A DNA stretch of 64,000 bases from Acidimicrobiales bacterium (GCA_035294085.1 DATGLP010000006.1:77413-141412), one strand, 5' to 3'; shown: positions 34,687-48,243, numbered from the stretch's first letter. Program-made: numbers and translations. The notes: generated by a model from the sequence alone, not told the origin.

Positions 34687-34689
34687 GCC

Positions 34690-35436
34690 GTGCACTACCG
34701 GGACGAGGGGGTGGTGCTGCGCACGATCCGCCTCGGCGAGGCGGATCGGATCGTCACCATCGTCACCCCCGGACACGGCAAGGTCCGCGCCGTCGCGAAG
34801 GGCGTCCGCAGGACGAAGAGCCGCTTCGGCGCTCGCCTCGAGCCGCTCAGCCACGTCGCCCTGCTGTGCTGGCGCGGGCGCGACCTCGACGTCGTCACCG
34901 GGGTCGAGGTGATCGACTCCTTCCGCGCCGTGCGCGACGACCTCGGGCGGCTGCAGGTCGCGACGACGATGCTCGAGATCGTCGACCAGGTCGCGCAGGA
35001 GCGCCACGGCGCGCCGGCGGTCTTCACCCTCCTCGTCCGGGCGCTGCGCACGCTCGAGCGCGACGGCGCACCGCTCGTGCTCGGCGCCTTCTGCCTCAAG
35101 CTGCTCGCGATCGAAGGCGTCGGGCCCGTGGTCGACGCCTGCGCGTCGTGCGGCCGCGACGGACCGCTCGTCGCGTTCGACGCCGGGGAGGGCGGCTTCC
35201 TCTGCGCCACCTGCCGGCGCGGCCGCCAGGTCTCCCCGCCGGTCGTCGAGCTCGCCCGCCAGGTCCTGTCGGGAGGGCTCGCGCGAGCGCTGTCCACCGG
35301 GGCGACGCCGGCCGTCGCCGCCCTCGAGGACCTCGCCATCGGCGCGGTCGAGCACCACCTCGACCGCCGGCTGCGCTCGGTGCGCCACCCCATCGGCGCC
35401 GGTGGCCGGCCCGAGCCGGCCGCGTCGGGCCGGTAG
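34690..35436 (+). CDS. recO: DNA repair protein RecO
   Basis: The OB-fold N-terminus is YRDEGVVLRTIRLGEADRIVTIVTPGHGKVRAVAKGVRR. The C-terminal zinc motif is CASCG...FLCATC. The product is 248 aa. Confidence 0.9.
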   Translation: MHYRDEGVVLRTIRLGEADRIVTIVTPGHGKVRAVAKGVRRTKSRFGARLEPLSHVALLCWRGRDLDVVTGVEVIDSFRAVRDDLGRLQVATTMLEIVDQVAQERHGAPAVFTLLVRALRTLERDGAPLVLGAFCLKLLAIEGVGPVVDACASCGRDGPLVAFDAGEGGFLCATCRRGRQVSPPVVELARQVLSGGLARALSTGATPAVAALEDLAIGAVEHHLDRRLRSVRHPIGAGGRPEPAASGR

Positions 35437-35445
35437 TCTCCTCGC

Positions 35446-36762
35446 ATGTCGATCGCGGCCGGTCACGGCGGCGCGCGCCTGGAGGCCGTCGTCAACCTGT
35501 GCAAGCGGCGCGGGTTCGTCTTCCCCTCCGCCGAGATCTACGGGGGCATCCGCTCCACCTACGACTACGGCCCGCTCGGCGCGCTCATGCTGCGCAACGT
35601 GCGCGAGGCGTGGTGGCGCGCCATGGTGCAAGAGCGCGACGACGTCGTGCCGATCGAGGCGGCAATCCTCACGAACCCGAAGGTCTGGGAGGCCTCCGGG
35701 CACCTCGCGACCTTCACCGACCCGCTCGTGGACTGCCGCAGCTGCAAGGAGCGCTGGCGCGCCGACCAGATCGACGGTCGGTGCCCGAACTGCGGCTCGA
35801 CCGACCTCACCGAGGCGCGCCCGTTCAACCTCATGTTCAAGACCTTCGTCGGCCCGGTCGAGGACGACTCCGCCGTCGCCTACCTGCGCCCGGAGACGGC
35901 TCAGGGCATGTTCGTCAACTTCGCCAACGTGATGACGACGATGCGCCTCCGCCCGCCCTTCGGCATCGCCCAGATCGGCCGGAGCTTCCGCAACGAGATC
36001 ACGCCGGGCAACTTCGTGTTCCGCACCCGCGAGTTCGAGCAGATGGAGCTCGAGTACTTCGTCCCGCCGGCGGAGGCCGCCCGGTACTTCGACTACTGGT
36101 GCCAAGAGCGCCTCGCCTGGTACGAGCGCCTCGGCATTCCGAAGGACCAGCTCCGGCTGCGGCGCCACGCGGCCGAGGAGCTCTCGCACTACTCGGCGGG
36201 CACGGCGGACATCGAGTTCGCCTTCCCCTGGGGCTGGGGCGAGCTCGAGGGCATCGCGAACCGCACCGACTACGACCTGCGCGCGCACGCCGCCCACGCC
36301 GGGGTGCGCCTCGAGTTCTACGACCAGGCGAGCGGGGAGCGCTACGTGCCGCACGTGATCGAGCCGGCCGCGGGTGCGACGCGCACGATGATGGCCTTCC
36401 TCCTCGCCGCCTACGACGAGGACGAGGTCGGCGGCGAGCGGCGCACCGTGCTGCGCCTCCACCCCCGCCTCGCCCCCTACCAGGTCGCCGTCCTGCCGCT
36501 GTCGCGGCGGGCCGAGCTCACCGCCCTCGCCCGGCAGGTGCTCGCCGGCCTGCGATCCCGGTTCGTGTGCGCCTACGACGACGCCCAGTCGATCGGCCGG
36601 CGCTACCGGCGCCAGGACGAGATCGGCACGCCGCTGTGCGTGACGGTCGACTTCGACAGCCTCGAGGACGGCGCTGCGACCGTCCGAGACCGCGACACGA
36701 CCGAGCAGGTGCGCCTCCCCCTCGACGCCCTCGGCGACGAGCTCGCCCGGCGCGTCGGCTGA
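35446..36762 (+). CDS. glyQS: Glycine--tRNA ligase (alpha2 homodimeric type)
   Basis: It reads LCKRRGFVFPSAEIYGGIRSTYDYGPLGALMLRNV, YLRPETAQGMFVNF and GRSFRNEITPGNFVFRTREFEQMELEYF. The anticodon-binding C-domain contains QSIGRRYRRQDEIGTP. Confidence 0.95.
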   Translation: MSIAAGHGGARLEAVVNLCKRRGFVFPSAEIYGGIRSTYDYGPLGALMLRNVREAWWRAMVQERDDVVPIEAAILTNPKVWEASGHLATFTDPLVDCRSCKERWRADQIDGRCPNCGSTDLTEARPFNLMFKTFVGPVEDDSAVAYLRPETAQGMFVNFANVMTTMRLRPPFGIAQIGRSFRNEITPGNFVFRTREFEQMELEYFVPPAEAARYFDYWCQERLAWYERLGIPKDQLRLRRHAAEELSHYSAGTADIEFAFPWGWGELEGIANRTDYDLRAHAAHAGVRLEFYDQASGERYVPHVIEPAAGATRTMMAFLLAAYDEDEVGGERRTVLRLHPRLAPYQVAVLPLSRRAELTALARQVLAGLRSRFVCAYDDAQSIGRRYRRQDEIGTPLCVTVDFDSLEDGAATVRDRDTTEQVRLPLDALGDELARRVG

Positions 36763-36807
36763 CCGCCGGCCCGCCGGCGCGCTCCGCCGAGCGGGTACCG
36801 TCCGGGC

Positions 36808-38657
36808 ATGGCGATCCCTGAGGAGGACGTCGCCCGGGTGCGCGCCGCCACCGACCTCGCCGCGCTCGTCGGAGAGCACACGGCCTTGCGGCGCGTCGGC
36901 CGGCGCCTCATCGGGCTCTGCCCGTTCCACAGCGAGCGGACGCCCTCGTTCAGCGTGAACGCCGAGCAGGGGCTCTACTACTGCTTCGGCTGCCAGGCCT
37001 CCGGCGACGCCATCAGCTTCGTGCGAGCCGTCGAGGGCTGCGACTTCCGAGAGGCGGTCGAGCGCCTCGCAGCGCGAGCGGGCATCGCCATCCGCGACGA
37101 AGCGGGCGCTCGGGCGCCGCAGGAGCGAGGCCGACGCGAGCGCCTCCACGAGGTGCTCGAGGCCGCCGTCGACCACTACCACCGGGTGCTCCTCGACCGG
37201 CCCGAGGCGCGCCGCGCCCGCCAGTACCTGCGGGCGCGGGGCTACAGCGGCGAGACGGTTCGTCGCTTCCGCCTCGGCTTCGCGCCGGCTGGTCGGGACG
37301 GGCTTGTGCGCGCGCTGCGCCGACCCGGCGATCTGCTCGTCGAGGCCGGCCTCGCCTACCGCTCGAGCGCGGGCCTCTACGACGCCTTCCGGGAACGGCT
37401 CATCTTCCCCATCTTCGACCCCGGCGGGCGCCCGATCGCGCTCGGCGGACGCGTGCTGCCGCCCGAGCTACGTATCGGCGGCGGCGACCCGGGGCCGAAG
37501 TACCGGAACTCGCCCGAGAGCGCGATCTACCACAAGCGCCGCACGCTCTACGGCCTGAACTGGGCGAAGTCGGAGATCACGCGCTCGGGCGAGGCCATCG
37601 TCTGCGAGGGCTACACCGACGTCATCGGCTTCTTCGAGGCCGGGCTCCCCCGCGCCGTCGCGACCTGCGGGACCGCGCTCACCGAGGACCACCTCGCCCT
37701 GCTCGCCCGCTTCGCCCGACGGGTCGTGCTCTGCTTCGACGCGGACCGCGCCGGCCAGGCCGCCGCGGCTCGCCTGTACGAGTGGGAGGGGCGCCACGGG
37801 CTCGAGCTGGCGGTCGCGGCGCTGCCCGAAGGGAGCGACCCCGCGGACCTCGCCCGGGCCGACCCCGAGGCCCTCGTCGCGGCGGTGCGGTCGGCCCGCC
37901 CCTACCTCGGCTTCCTCGTCGAGCAGGCCCTCGCGGATGCCGACCTCCACAGCCCCGAGGGTCGGGCGCGCGCCGCCGAAGCCGCCGTCGCCACGATCGC
38001 GCAGCACCCCAACGGCCTCGTGCGCGACCAGTACCTCGCCGCCGTCGCCGACCGCACCCACCACGACCTCGCCGCGCTGCGGGCCCTCCTCGAGCGCCGG
38101 CGCCGCTCGGGCGACGGGCGCGAGCGCGAGCCGAGCTCGGGCGGGCGTGGGCGCGCCGGAACGGCCGCCCCCGGCGCCCGCCGGCGGGACGCCCGTCCCG
38201 GCCTCGACGCGCTCGCCCTCGCGATTCAGCGCCCCGAGGCGGTGGCGGGACTGCTCGACGAGGTGTGCTTCCTCGACCCCCTGCAGCGCCGTGCGTTCAG
38301 GGCGCTGAGCGAGGCGACGGAGCTGCACGCTGCGATCGCCGCGGCCGACGAGGAGGTGGCCGACCTGCTCCGGCGCCTGGCGGCGACGGAGGTGGAGGCG
38401 GAGGCCGACGGCACCGTGATCGCCCTCGTGCGCGTCGCCGCCGAGCACGCGCTCGACGAGCTCGAGACCGAGGCACGCCTCGCCGAGCAGGACGGCGACG
38501 CGGCTCGCGTCGCCGAGGCGACCGCCACGAACGCCTGGCTGAAGGGCGAGCTGCCCGCGCTCAGCACCCTCCTCGAGCGCCCGGACGAGCGCGCCCGCGG
38601 GCTGGAGTCGGCCCGGCGGTTGGTAGCGTGGCTTCGCGATCGGGAAGAAGGTCGACG

Positions 38658-38661
<4 letters not shown>
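36808..38661 (+). CDS. dnaG: DNA primase
   Basis: The zinc finger is [36 protein letters not shown]. The RNA-polymerase and TOPRIM regions contain [28 protein letters not shown] and [13 protein letters not shown]. The product is 617 aa. Confidence 0.93.
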
Positions 38662-39770
<1,109 letters not shown>

Positions 39771-39974
39771 GCCTCCTTCGCCAGGGCGCCGCGCCGAAGG
39801 CCGCGAGCGCGGCCGAGGGCGGCGGCCTAGGCTGTCGGAGGGGGCCGGGCAGGGCTCGTCCGGCACGAGGACGGAGCGCCTCGTCGCCCGGGCGTACCCG
39901 CGTGCCCTGCGCTCGCCTCGGGCTCGGCGGGAGCGGCCGCGCCCGGCGCCGGCACGGAGCAGAGGGGGTGGGCG

Positions 39975-41957
<1,983 letters not shown>

Positions 41958-41970
41958 CCCCCGCCAGCCG

Positions 41971-41990
41971 GGCCGAGAGGCGCCTCGGCC
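41971..41990 (+). terminator. GC-rich hairpin downstream of acs (possible terminator)
   Basis: GGCCGAG-aggcgc-CTCGGCC lies 14 nt after the acs stop. There is no U-tract. Confidence 0.35.
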
Positions 41991-42040
41991 GGGGCGACTA
42001 CTGGCCTTGACCGCGGTGGTCCGCCGTGGGAAGCTCATGA

Positions 42041-42052
42041 GGAATCGATTCC
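42041..42052. promoter_or_regulatory. Operator copy 1: perfect palindrome GGAATCGATTCC upstream of hyuA1
   Basis: A perfect 12-bp palindrome lies 14 nt before the GTG of hyuA1. A TTGACC -35-like hexamer is at 42007-42012. The local sequence is AT-rich in an otherwise about 72% GC context. Confidence 0.6.
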
Positions 42053-42065
42053 GGCGAGGTGGGGC

Positions 42066-44171
42066 GTGCAGCCTGGGGAGCGGTGGAAGGTCGGGGTCGA
42101 CACCGGGGGGACCTTCACCGACCTCGTCGCACTCGGCCCGAGCGGCGAGGTCCGCCTCGTGAAGGTGAGCTCGACGCCGCGAGCGCCCGCGGACGCGGTG
42201 TTCGCCGCCCTCGAGCGCACCGGCCTCGCCCTCGGGACCGACCTCGAGCAGTTCGTGCTCGGCACGACGATCGCGACGAACGCGGTACTCCAGCGCAGCG
42301 GCGTGCGCACCCTGCTCCTCACGACGGCGGGGTTCGAGGACCTCCTCTACATCCAGCGGATCGACCGGCGAGGCCTGTACGACCTCCAGTGGGTGAAGAC
42401 CGCTCCGCTCGTGCCGAGCCACGACACGATCGGCGTCGCCGAGCGGATCCTCGCCGACGGCTCGGTCCTGCACGAGCTCACCGATGCCGAGCTCGAGCGC
42501 GTCGTGGCCGCGGTCGGCGCGCGCCTCGTCGAGCCGGAGCCCGCCCGCGCCGTGTCGATCTGCCTCCTGTTCAGCTACGTGAACGACCTCCACGAGCGGC
42601 GCCTCGCCGAGCGGCTCCGTCAGGCCTTCCCGGGCCTCGCGGTCTCGGTGTCGAGCGAGGTGGCCCCGATCTGGCGGGAGTACGAGCGCGCGAGCACGAC
42701 CACGATCGACGCCTTCGTCAAGCCGATCGTCACCGGCTTCTGCGAGTCCCTCGCCGAGGGGCTGGAGCGGCGCGCCGTGGGAGGGTGGCACGGGCTCATG
42801 AAGTCGAACGGGGGCCAGGTGCCGCTCGCGCGCGCCGCGGCCCGACCGGCCGAGCTCGTGCTCTCCGGGCTCGCCGGGGGCGTCATCGCCGGGAACCACT
42901 GGTGTCGCCGGCTCGGCTCGGACCGGGCCGTCACCCTCGACATGGGAGGGACGAGCGCCGACGTCGGCGTCATCGTCGACGGCCAGCTGATGTTCTCTGG
43001 GCTGTTCGAGGTCGAGTGGGGAATGCCGCTGTGCCTGCCGCTCATCGACGTCACGACCATCGGTGCCGGCGGGAGCTCGATCGCGTCGATCGACCGCACC
43101 GGGCTCGTACGCGTCGGGCCTGCGAGCGCGGGCGCCGACCCAGGGCCCGCCTGTTACGGCAGGGGCGGCCAGGACCCGACGATGACGGACGCCAACCTCG
43201 TGCTCGGCCGCCTGGACCCCGGCTACTTCCTCGGTGGCGAGCTCGTGCTCGACGAAGGCCGCGCCCGGTCGGCCATCGAGCCGCTCGCCGACACGCTCGG
43301 CCTCTCGGTCCCCGAGGCGGCCGACGCCATCATCGCGGTCGCGATCGAGAACATGGCCGGGGCAGTCCGCCTCGTCACCGTCGACCGCGGCCTCGACTAC
43401 CGGGACTTCGACCTCGTGGCCTTCGGCGGCGCCGGCCCGCTGCACGCCGCCGAGCTGGCGCGCCGGCTCGGCATGCGTCGCGTCGTCGTCCCGCCGGCAC
43501 CAGGGCTCGTCTCCGCCTTCGGCGCGGTGATCGCCGACGCGCGCGTGGACCGGCGGGCGACGCTCGTGCGCCGCCTCGACCGCCCGGAGGCCAAGGACGT
43601 GCCCGTCGAGCTCGCCCGGGTGGCCGAGCAGGCCGCCGCCGAGCTCGCCGCGCACGGGCGCGCGACCGACGAGATCGCGCTCAGCACCTACGTCGCCTGC
43701 CGCTACCTCGGTCAGAACTACGAGCAGGAGATCCGGATGTACCACGGTCACGTGGACAAGACGTTCGAGCTCGCGATCCCGATCAGGCCAGGCTCCCCGT
43801 CCTTCGTCGAGGAGCTCGCGGCGCGCTTCCACGAGCAGCACGAGCGCGCCTACGGGTACCACCTCGAGGACCAGCCGATCCAGGCCATCTACCTCGGCGC
43901 GACGGCCCTCGTCCCGGGACCCTCGGTCACCCTCCGGCCCTACGAGGGCGGCGCCCGCCAGCCGGCGACGCAGCGCCGGGTGCTGTGCGGTCGCGGCCAG
44001 TGGGCGCAGGCCACGGTGGTGCGCCGCGCCGGGCTCCGGCCGGGCACCTCGCTCGCCGGACCGGCGATCGTCGAGGAGCCGGACTCCACCACCTACGTGC
44101 CGCCCGGGTTCCTGCTCGAGGTGGACGACTCGGCCTGCCTCGTCCTGTCCGAGCGACCGGACCGGAGCTGA
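42066..44171 (+). CDS. Hydantoinase/oxoprolinase A-family subunit (HyuA-like), copy 1
   Basis: The 701-aa ORF reads WKVGVDTGGTFTDLVAL...GTTIATNAVLQRSGVRTLLLTTAGFEDLLYIQR, then DMGGTSADVG and GAGGSSIA, the ASKHA-fold motifs of the HyuA family. Confidence 0.9.
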   Translation: MQPGERWKVGVDTGGTFTDLVALGPSGEVRLVKVSSTPRAPADAVFAALERTGLALGTDLEQFVLGTTIATNAVLQRSGVRTLLLTTAGFEDLLYIQRIDRRGLYDLQWVKTAPLVPSHDTIGVAERILADGSVLHELTDAELERVVAAVGARLVEPEPARAVSICLLFSYVNDLHERRLAERLRQAFPGLAVSVSSEVAPIWREYERASTTTIDAFVKPIVTGFCESLAEGLERRAVGGWHGLMKSNGGQVPLARAAARPAELVLSGLAGGVIAGNHWCRRLGSDRAVTLDMGGTSADVGVIVDGQLMFSGLFEVEWGMPLCLPLIDVTTIGAGGSSIASIDRTGLVRVGPASAGADPGPACYGRGGQDPTMTDANLVLGRLDPGYFLGGELVLDEGRARSAIEPLADTLGLSVPEAADAIIAVAIENMAGAVRLVTVDRGLDYRDFDLVAFGGAGPLHAAELARRLGMRRVVVPPAPGLVSAFGAVIADARVDRRATLVRRLDRPEAKDVPVELARVAEQAAAELAAHGRATDEIALSTYVACRYLGQNYEQEIRMYHGHVDKTFELAIPIRPGSPSFVEELAARFHEQHERAYGYHLEDQPIQAIYLGATALVPGPSVTLRPYEGGARQPATQRRVLCGRGQWAQATVVRRAGLRPGTSLAGPAIVEEPDSTTYVPPGFLLEVDDSACLVLSERPDRS

Positions 44172-44175
44172 GGAC

Positions 44176-45975
44176 GTGGCGACGCACCTCCTCGCCGACG
44201 ACGCCGGGGCCGTCGACCGCGTCACCCTCACGCTCTTGCACCGCCAGCTCGTCAACATCTGCGACGAGATGGCGGTGTCGATGATGCGGACCGCCTACTC
44301 CCCCATCTTCTCGGAGGGGCTCGACTTCTCGACGCTGATCCTCGACCGGCACGGCGGCCTCGTCGCGACGGCCGGTCTCAACCCGGCGATGCTCGGGGCG
44401 TCCCTCTACGCCGCGACGTGGGTGATCCGCGAGGTCGGGCCGGACAACTTCAGCCCCGGCGACGTGTGGATCCACAACGACCCCTACCGCGGCGGCTCGC
44501 ACATGCCCGAGCACATGATGATCATGCCGATCTTCGTCGAGGACGAGATCGTGGCCTACGTCGGCAACATCGCGCACCTCGCCGAGATCGGGGGCATGGC
44601 ACCGGGATCCTTCGCCGCCACGGCGACCGACGTCTTCCAGGAGGGGCTGCGGCTCCCACCGGTCCGGCTCTTCCAAGGAGGCGAGCCCGTCCGGGACATC
44701 TGGCGGATCATGCTCTCGAACCACCGGACGCCGGCCAACAGCTGGGGCGACCTGCACGCCATGCTCGGGTCGCTGCGCGTCGGCGAGCGCCGGCTGCGCC
44801 AGCTCCTCGCGGAACGGGGCGTCGCGGAGCTCGACGAGGCCTTCGCGAGGCTGCAGGACTTCACCGAGGCCTGCCTGCGCCGGGAGGTCGCGGCGCTCCC
44901 CGACGGCGTCTACCGGGCCGAGGACTGCTTCGACGACGACGGGATCACCGATCGCCGCCACGTCGTGCGCCTCGCCGTCATCGTCGAGGGGGACGAGATC
45001 GTCTTCGACTACTCCGCATCGGACCCGCAGGCGATCGGCCCGATCAACGCACCCTACGTCGTCACGCTCTCGGCCTCGTTGAACGGCCTCCTCTACATCA
45101 TCGGCGAGGGGATCCCCGTCAACGCCGGCGTGGCCCGCGTCGCGCGCGTCGTCGCGCCGGCGGGGTCGATCTGCTGCGTGAAGCTCCCCGGCGCCTGCGT
45201 CGGCGGCCAGACGGAGAACCAGCCCCGGGTCATGGAGATGGTGATGGGCAGCGTGCTCGGGCAGCTCCTGCCCGAGCGCTGCGCCGCGGCGAGCGGCAAC
45301 ACGTCGCTGAACTTCCTCTTCGGCGGGGTCGACCCCCGCAGCGGCGAGTACTTCGCCCACTACCACTTCGAGGCGAACGGCTGGGGAGGCCGTGCTACGA
45401 GCGACGGGAACAACGCCCAGATCGTCCCCCACGCCAACTGCCGCAACACGCCGGTCGAGATCTTCGAGACGCGCTGGCCGTGGATCCACCACCGGTACGC
45501 GCTCAACCGGGACTCCGCGGGCGCCGGACGCCACCGGGGCGGGCTCGGGATCGAGCGAGTCCTCGAGGTGGCGGCGGACGTGATCACCGTGAGCGTGCTC
45601 GCCGACCGCGCCAAGGTGCCGCCGTGGGGCCTGTTCGGCGGCCAACCCGGGAGCCTGACGCGCGTCGAGCTGCGCCGCGCCGGCGAACGGGACTTCGCGT
45701 CCTTCCAGGAGCACTTCGGGCTCGTCAGCCCCTCGAAGTTCTCGAACGTGCGCCTGGTCCGCGGCGACCAGGTGCGCCTCGTCTCGCCGTCGGGTGGCGG
45801 CTACGGCGACCCCGCGACGCGCGACCCCGCCCTCGTCGCCGCCGACGTCCGCGAGGGCTTCGTCTCCCGGGAGAGCGCCGAGCGGTACTACCGCGTCGTC
45901 CTCGACGACAGCGGTGCGCTCGACGAGCGACGGACACGCGAGCTGCGGACGGGAGGCGGCGATGCCCTGGCGTGA
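44176..45975 (+). CDS. Hydantoinase B/oxoprolinase-family subunit (HyuB-like), copy 1
   Basis: The 599-aa ORF reads LLHRQLVNICDEMAVSMMRTAYSPIFSEGLDFSTLILD, GDVWIHNDPYRGGSHMPEH and DSAGAGRHRGGLG, the characteristic HyuB motifs. Confidence 0.9.
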   Translation: MATHLLADDAGAVDRVTLTLLHRQLVNICDEMAVSMMRTAYSPIFSEGLDFSTLILDRHGGLVATAGLNPAMLGASLYAATWVIREVGPDNFSPGDVWIHNDPYRGGSHMPEHMMIMPIFVEDEIVAYVGNIAHLAEIGGMAPGSFAATATDVFQEGLRLPPVRLFQGGEPVRDIWRIMLSNHRTPANSWGDLHAMLGSLRVGERRLRQLLAERGVAELDEAFARLQDFTEACLRREVAALPDGVYRAEDCFDDDGITDRRHVVRLAVIVEGDEIVFDYSASDPQAIGPINAPYVVTLSASLNGLLYIIGEGIPVNAGVARVARVVAPAGSICCVKLPGACVGGQTENQPRVMEMVMGSVLGQLLPERCAAASGNTSLNFLFGGVDPRSGEYFAHYHFEANGWGGRATSDGNNAQIVPHANCRNTPVEIFETRWPWIHHRYALNRDSAGAGRHRGGLGIERVLEVAADVITVSVLADRAKVPPWGLFGGQPGSLTRVELRRAGERDFASFQEHFGLVSPSKFSNVRLVRGDQVRLVSPSGGGYGDPATRDPALVAADVREGFVSRESAERYYRVVLDDSGALDERRTRELRTGGGDALA

Positions 45976-46153
45976 GCTCGGCAAGTCCTGGCACGACACC
46001 ACCGTCGACTACTGCGAGGTGTGCGGCAACCTCCTCATCCGCGCCTACTTCGAGTTCCGCGCGCCGGACGGGACCACCCGCCGGGCCTGCTGCGAGGACG
46101 ACGAGCGCCTCCTCGCGCTCCTCGAGCGACACCGAGTGGCGCCGGGCGGCTGA
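45962..46153 (+). CDS. Small Cys-rich hypothetical protein (63 aa) between the two HyuAB pairs
   Basis: ATG 45962 overlaps the hyuB1 3' end by 14 nt. The product is MPWRELGKSWHDTTVDYCEVCGNLLIRAYFEFRAPDGTTRRACCEDDERLLALLERHRVAPGG. Four Cys are present (CxxC plus CC). Third codon positions are almost all G/C. The stop lies 5 nt before the hyuA2 GTG. Confidence 0.6.
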   Translation: MPWRELGKSWHDTTVDYCEVCGNLLIRAYFEFRAPDGTTRRACCEDDERLLALLERHRVAPGG

Positions 46154-46158
46154 TCGCC

Positions 46159-48243
46159 GTGGACCGCTGGCGCGTCGGGATCGATACGGGCGGCACCTTC
46201 ACCGACCTCGTCGCCGTGCGCGGCTCGGCGCTGTCGAGCGCGAAGGTCCCCTCCACACCGCCCCGCTACGAGCAGGGGGTGCTCGACGCCCTGGCGGCGG
46301 CGGGCATCGACCTCGCCGAGACCGAGCTCGTGGCGCACGGCACGACGGTGGCGACGAACGCGGTGATCACGGGGCAGGTCGCGCCCACCGCGCTCCTCAC
46401 GACCGCGGGCTTCCGGGACGTCCTCGAGCTGCGCCGCCACAACCGGGGTGACCCCTTCGACATCATGTGGGACCCGCCGGCGCCGATCGTGCCCCGCCGC
46501 CACCGCTACGAGGTGCGCGAGCGCCTCGACTACGCCGGCGCGATCGTCGAGCCCCTCGAGGAGGCGGACGTCCTCGCCGCCGTCAAGTCGGCCCGTGCCG
46601 CGCGCATCACCTCCTTCGCCACCTGCTTCCTCCACTCCTACGAGAACCCCGACCACGAGCTGCGGGCGCGCTCGCTCATCCTCGAGGCCATGCCCGAGGC
46701 GACGGTCTCGTGCTCGTGCGAGCTGCTGCGCGAGCCCGACGAGTTCGAGCGCACCTCGACGACGGTGATCAACGCGTGCCTCGTGCCGGTCGTCGCGGGC
46801 TACCTGCGCTCCCTCGAGCGCCTCCTCGCCGCGGCGGGATTCCGCGGCAGGCTCGCCGTCATGCACTCCGGCGGCGGGCTGCTCTCGGTCGAGAGCGCGG
46901 CGCGCTTCCCGGCACGCCTCGTCACCTCGGGACCGGCCGCGGGCGCGATGGCGGCCGCCGGCGTCGCCGGGTCAGGCAGCCCGGCCGGCGGCGTGACCGC
47001 CGCCGAGGGGATCGCCCGGGCGACAGGCCTCGACGAGGTGATCTCCCTCGACATCGGCGGGACGAGCGCGGACATCGCGGTCATCAGGGGCGGCCGGGCG
47101 CGCCTCGTCAACGAGTACTCGCCGCAGTTCGGCCAGGTGATCCGCTTCCCGGCAGTCGACCTCGTCACGATCGGCGCCGGGGGCGGCTCGATCGCGTGGG
47201 TGGACGCGGGGGGCCTGCCGCACGTCGGGCCGCAGAGCGCGGGGGCCGTCCCCGGCCCCGCGGCCTACCTGCGCGGCGGCACCGCCGCGACGGTGACCGA
47301 CGCGAACGTCGTGCTCGGGCGCCTCGGCGGGGGCTTCGGCCTGGCGGGCGGGGTCGCGCTCGACGAGGGCGCGGCGACGCGTGCCGTCGAGGAGTTCGCG
47401 TCCCGGCTCGGGCTCACGGTAGCGGCGGCTGCGCTCGGCATCGTCGAGCTGGTCGTCGACAGCATGGCCCGGTCGATCCGCGTCGTCACCGTCGAGCGCG
47501 GCCTCGACCCGCGGGACTTCACCCTCGTCGCCTTCGGGGGCGCCGGGCCGCTGCTCGCCGCCGAGCTCGCCGCCGCCCTCGACATGCGCCGGGTCGTCGT
47601 CCCGCTCGCGCCCGGGGTGACCTCGGCCCTCGGGTGCCTGCACGTCGACATCGCCCACGACGTCGCCGAGGCGTTCATCGCCCCGCTCTCGGCGCTCGGG
47701 CGCGACGCTGTGGCCGCGCGCCTCGGCGCGCTCGCCGCGCAGCTCCACGAGCGGCTCGACCTCGACGGCGTGGCGCCGGACGAGCGGCGCATCGAGCTCG
47801 CGCTCGACCTGCGCTACGTCGGGCAGGTGAAGGCGCTCACCATCCCCGTCACCCCGGAGGCGCTCGCCGGGGACCTCGCCGGGACGCTGCTCGAGCGGTT
47901 CTACGAGGAGTACGAGCGCCAGTTCCACTTCGCCACCCGCGACATCCCGGTCGAGACCGCCGCGCTGCGGGCCCGTGGGCTGCGGCCGGCGCGTCGGCCG
48001 ACGATCCCATTCGTCCCGGGACGGTCGGGCGCGCCGACGACCGAGCGGAAGGTGGTGACGAAGGCCGGCGAGCTGCCCACGCCCGTGTACGCGCGCAAGG
48101 AGCTGCCGGTCGGCACGCGCCTGCGCGGTCCGGCCATCGCGGTGCAGGCCGACTCGACGACCTGGGTCCCGCCGGGCTGGCAGGCAGAGGTCGACGCGCT
48201 GGGCAACCTCGTCATCGAGCGGACGAGCTGGGAGGCGCCGTGA
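46159..48243 (+). CDS. Hydantoinase/oxoprolinase A-family subunit (HyuA-like), copy 2
   Basis: In-frame GTG 46159 gives VDRWRVGIDTGGTFTDLVAV...GTTVATNAVITGQVAPTALLTTAGFRDVLELRR, then DIGGTSADIA and GAGGGSIA. The product is 694 aa and is clearly paralogous to copy 1. Confidence 0.9.
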   Translation: MDRWRVGIDTGGTFTDLVAVRGSALSSAKVPSTPPRYEQGVLDALAAAGIDLAETELVAHGTTVATNAVITGQVAPTALLTTAGFRDVLELRRHNRGDPFDIMWDPPAPIVPRRHRYEVRERLDYAGAIVEPLEEADVLAAVKSARAARITSFATCFLHSYENPDHELRARSLILEAMPEATVSCSCELLREPDEFERTSTTVINACLVPVVAGYLRSLERLLAAAGFRGRLAVMHSGGGLLSVESAARFPARLVTSGPAAGAMAAAGVAGSGSPAGGVTAAEGIARATGLDEVISLDIGGTSADIAVIRGGRARLVNEYSPQFGQVIRFPAVDLVTIGAGGGSIAWVDAGGLPHVGPQSAGAVPGPAAYLRGGTAATVTDANVVLGRLGGGFGLAGGVALDEGAATRAVEEFASRLGLTVAAAALGIVELVVDSMARSIRVVTVERGLDPRDFTLVAFGGAGPLLAAELAAALDMRRVVVPLAPGVTSALGCLHVDIAHDVAEAFIAPLSALGRDAVAARLGALAAQLHERLDLDGVAPDERRIELALDLRYVGQVKALTIPVTPEALAGDLAGTLLERFYEEYERQFHFATRDIPVETAALRARGLRPARRPTIPFVPGRSGAPTTERKVVTKAGELPTPVYARKELPVGTRLRGPAIAVQADSTTWVPPGWQAEVDALGNLVIERTSWEAP

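Noticed and set aside
42007-42040. A full sigma-70 promoter for hyuA1 analogous to those at 51630 and 59195.
   Set aside because: Only the -35-like TTGACC (42007-42012) is convincing. At a 17-18 nt spacing the -10 position reads GAAGCT/AAGCTC, preceded by TGG, which is a poor hexamer. I therefore report the operator but not a promoter feature.
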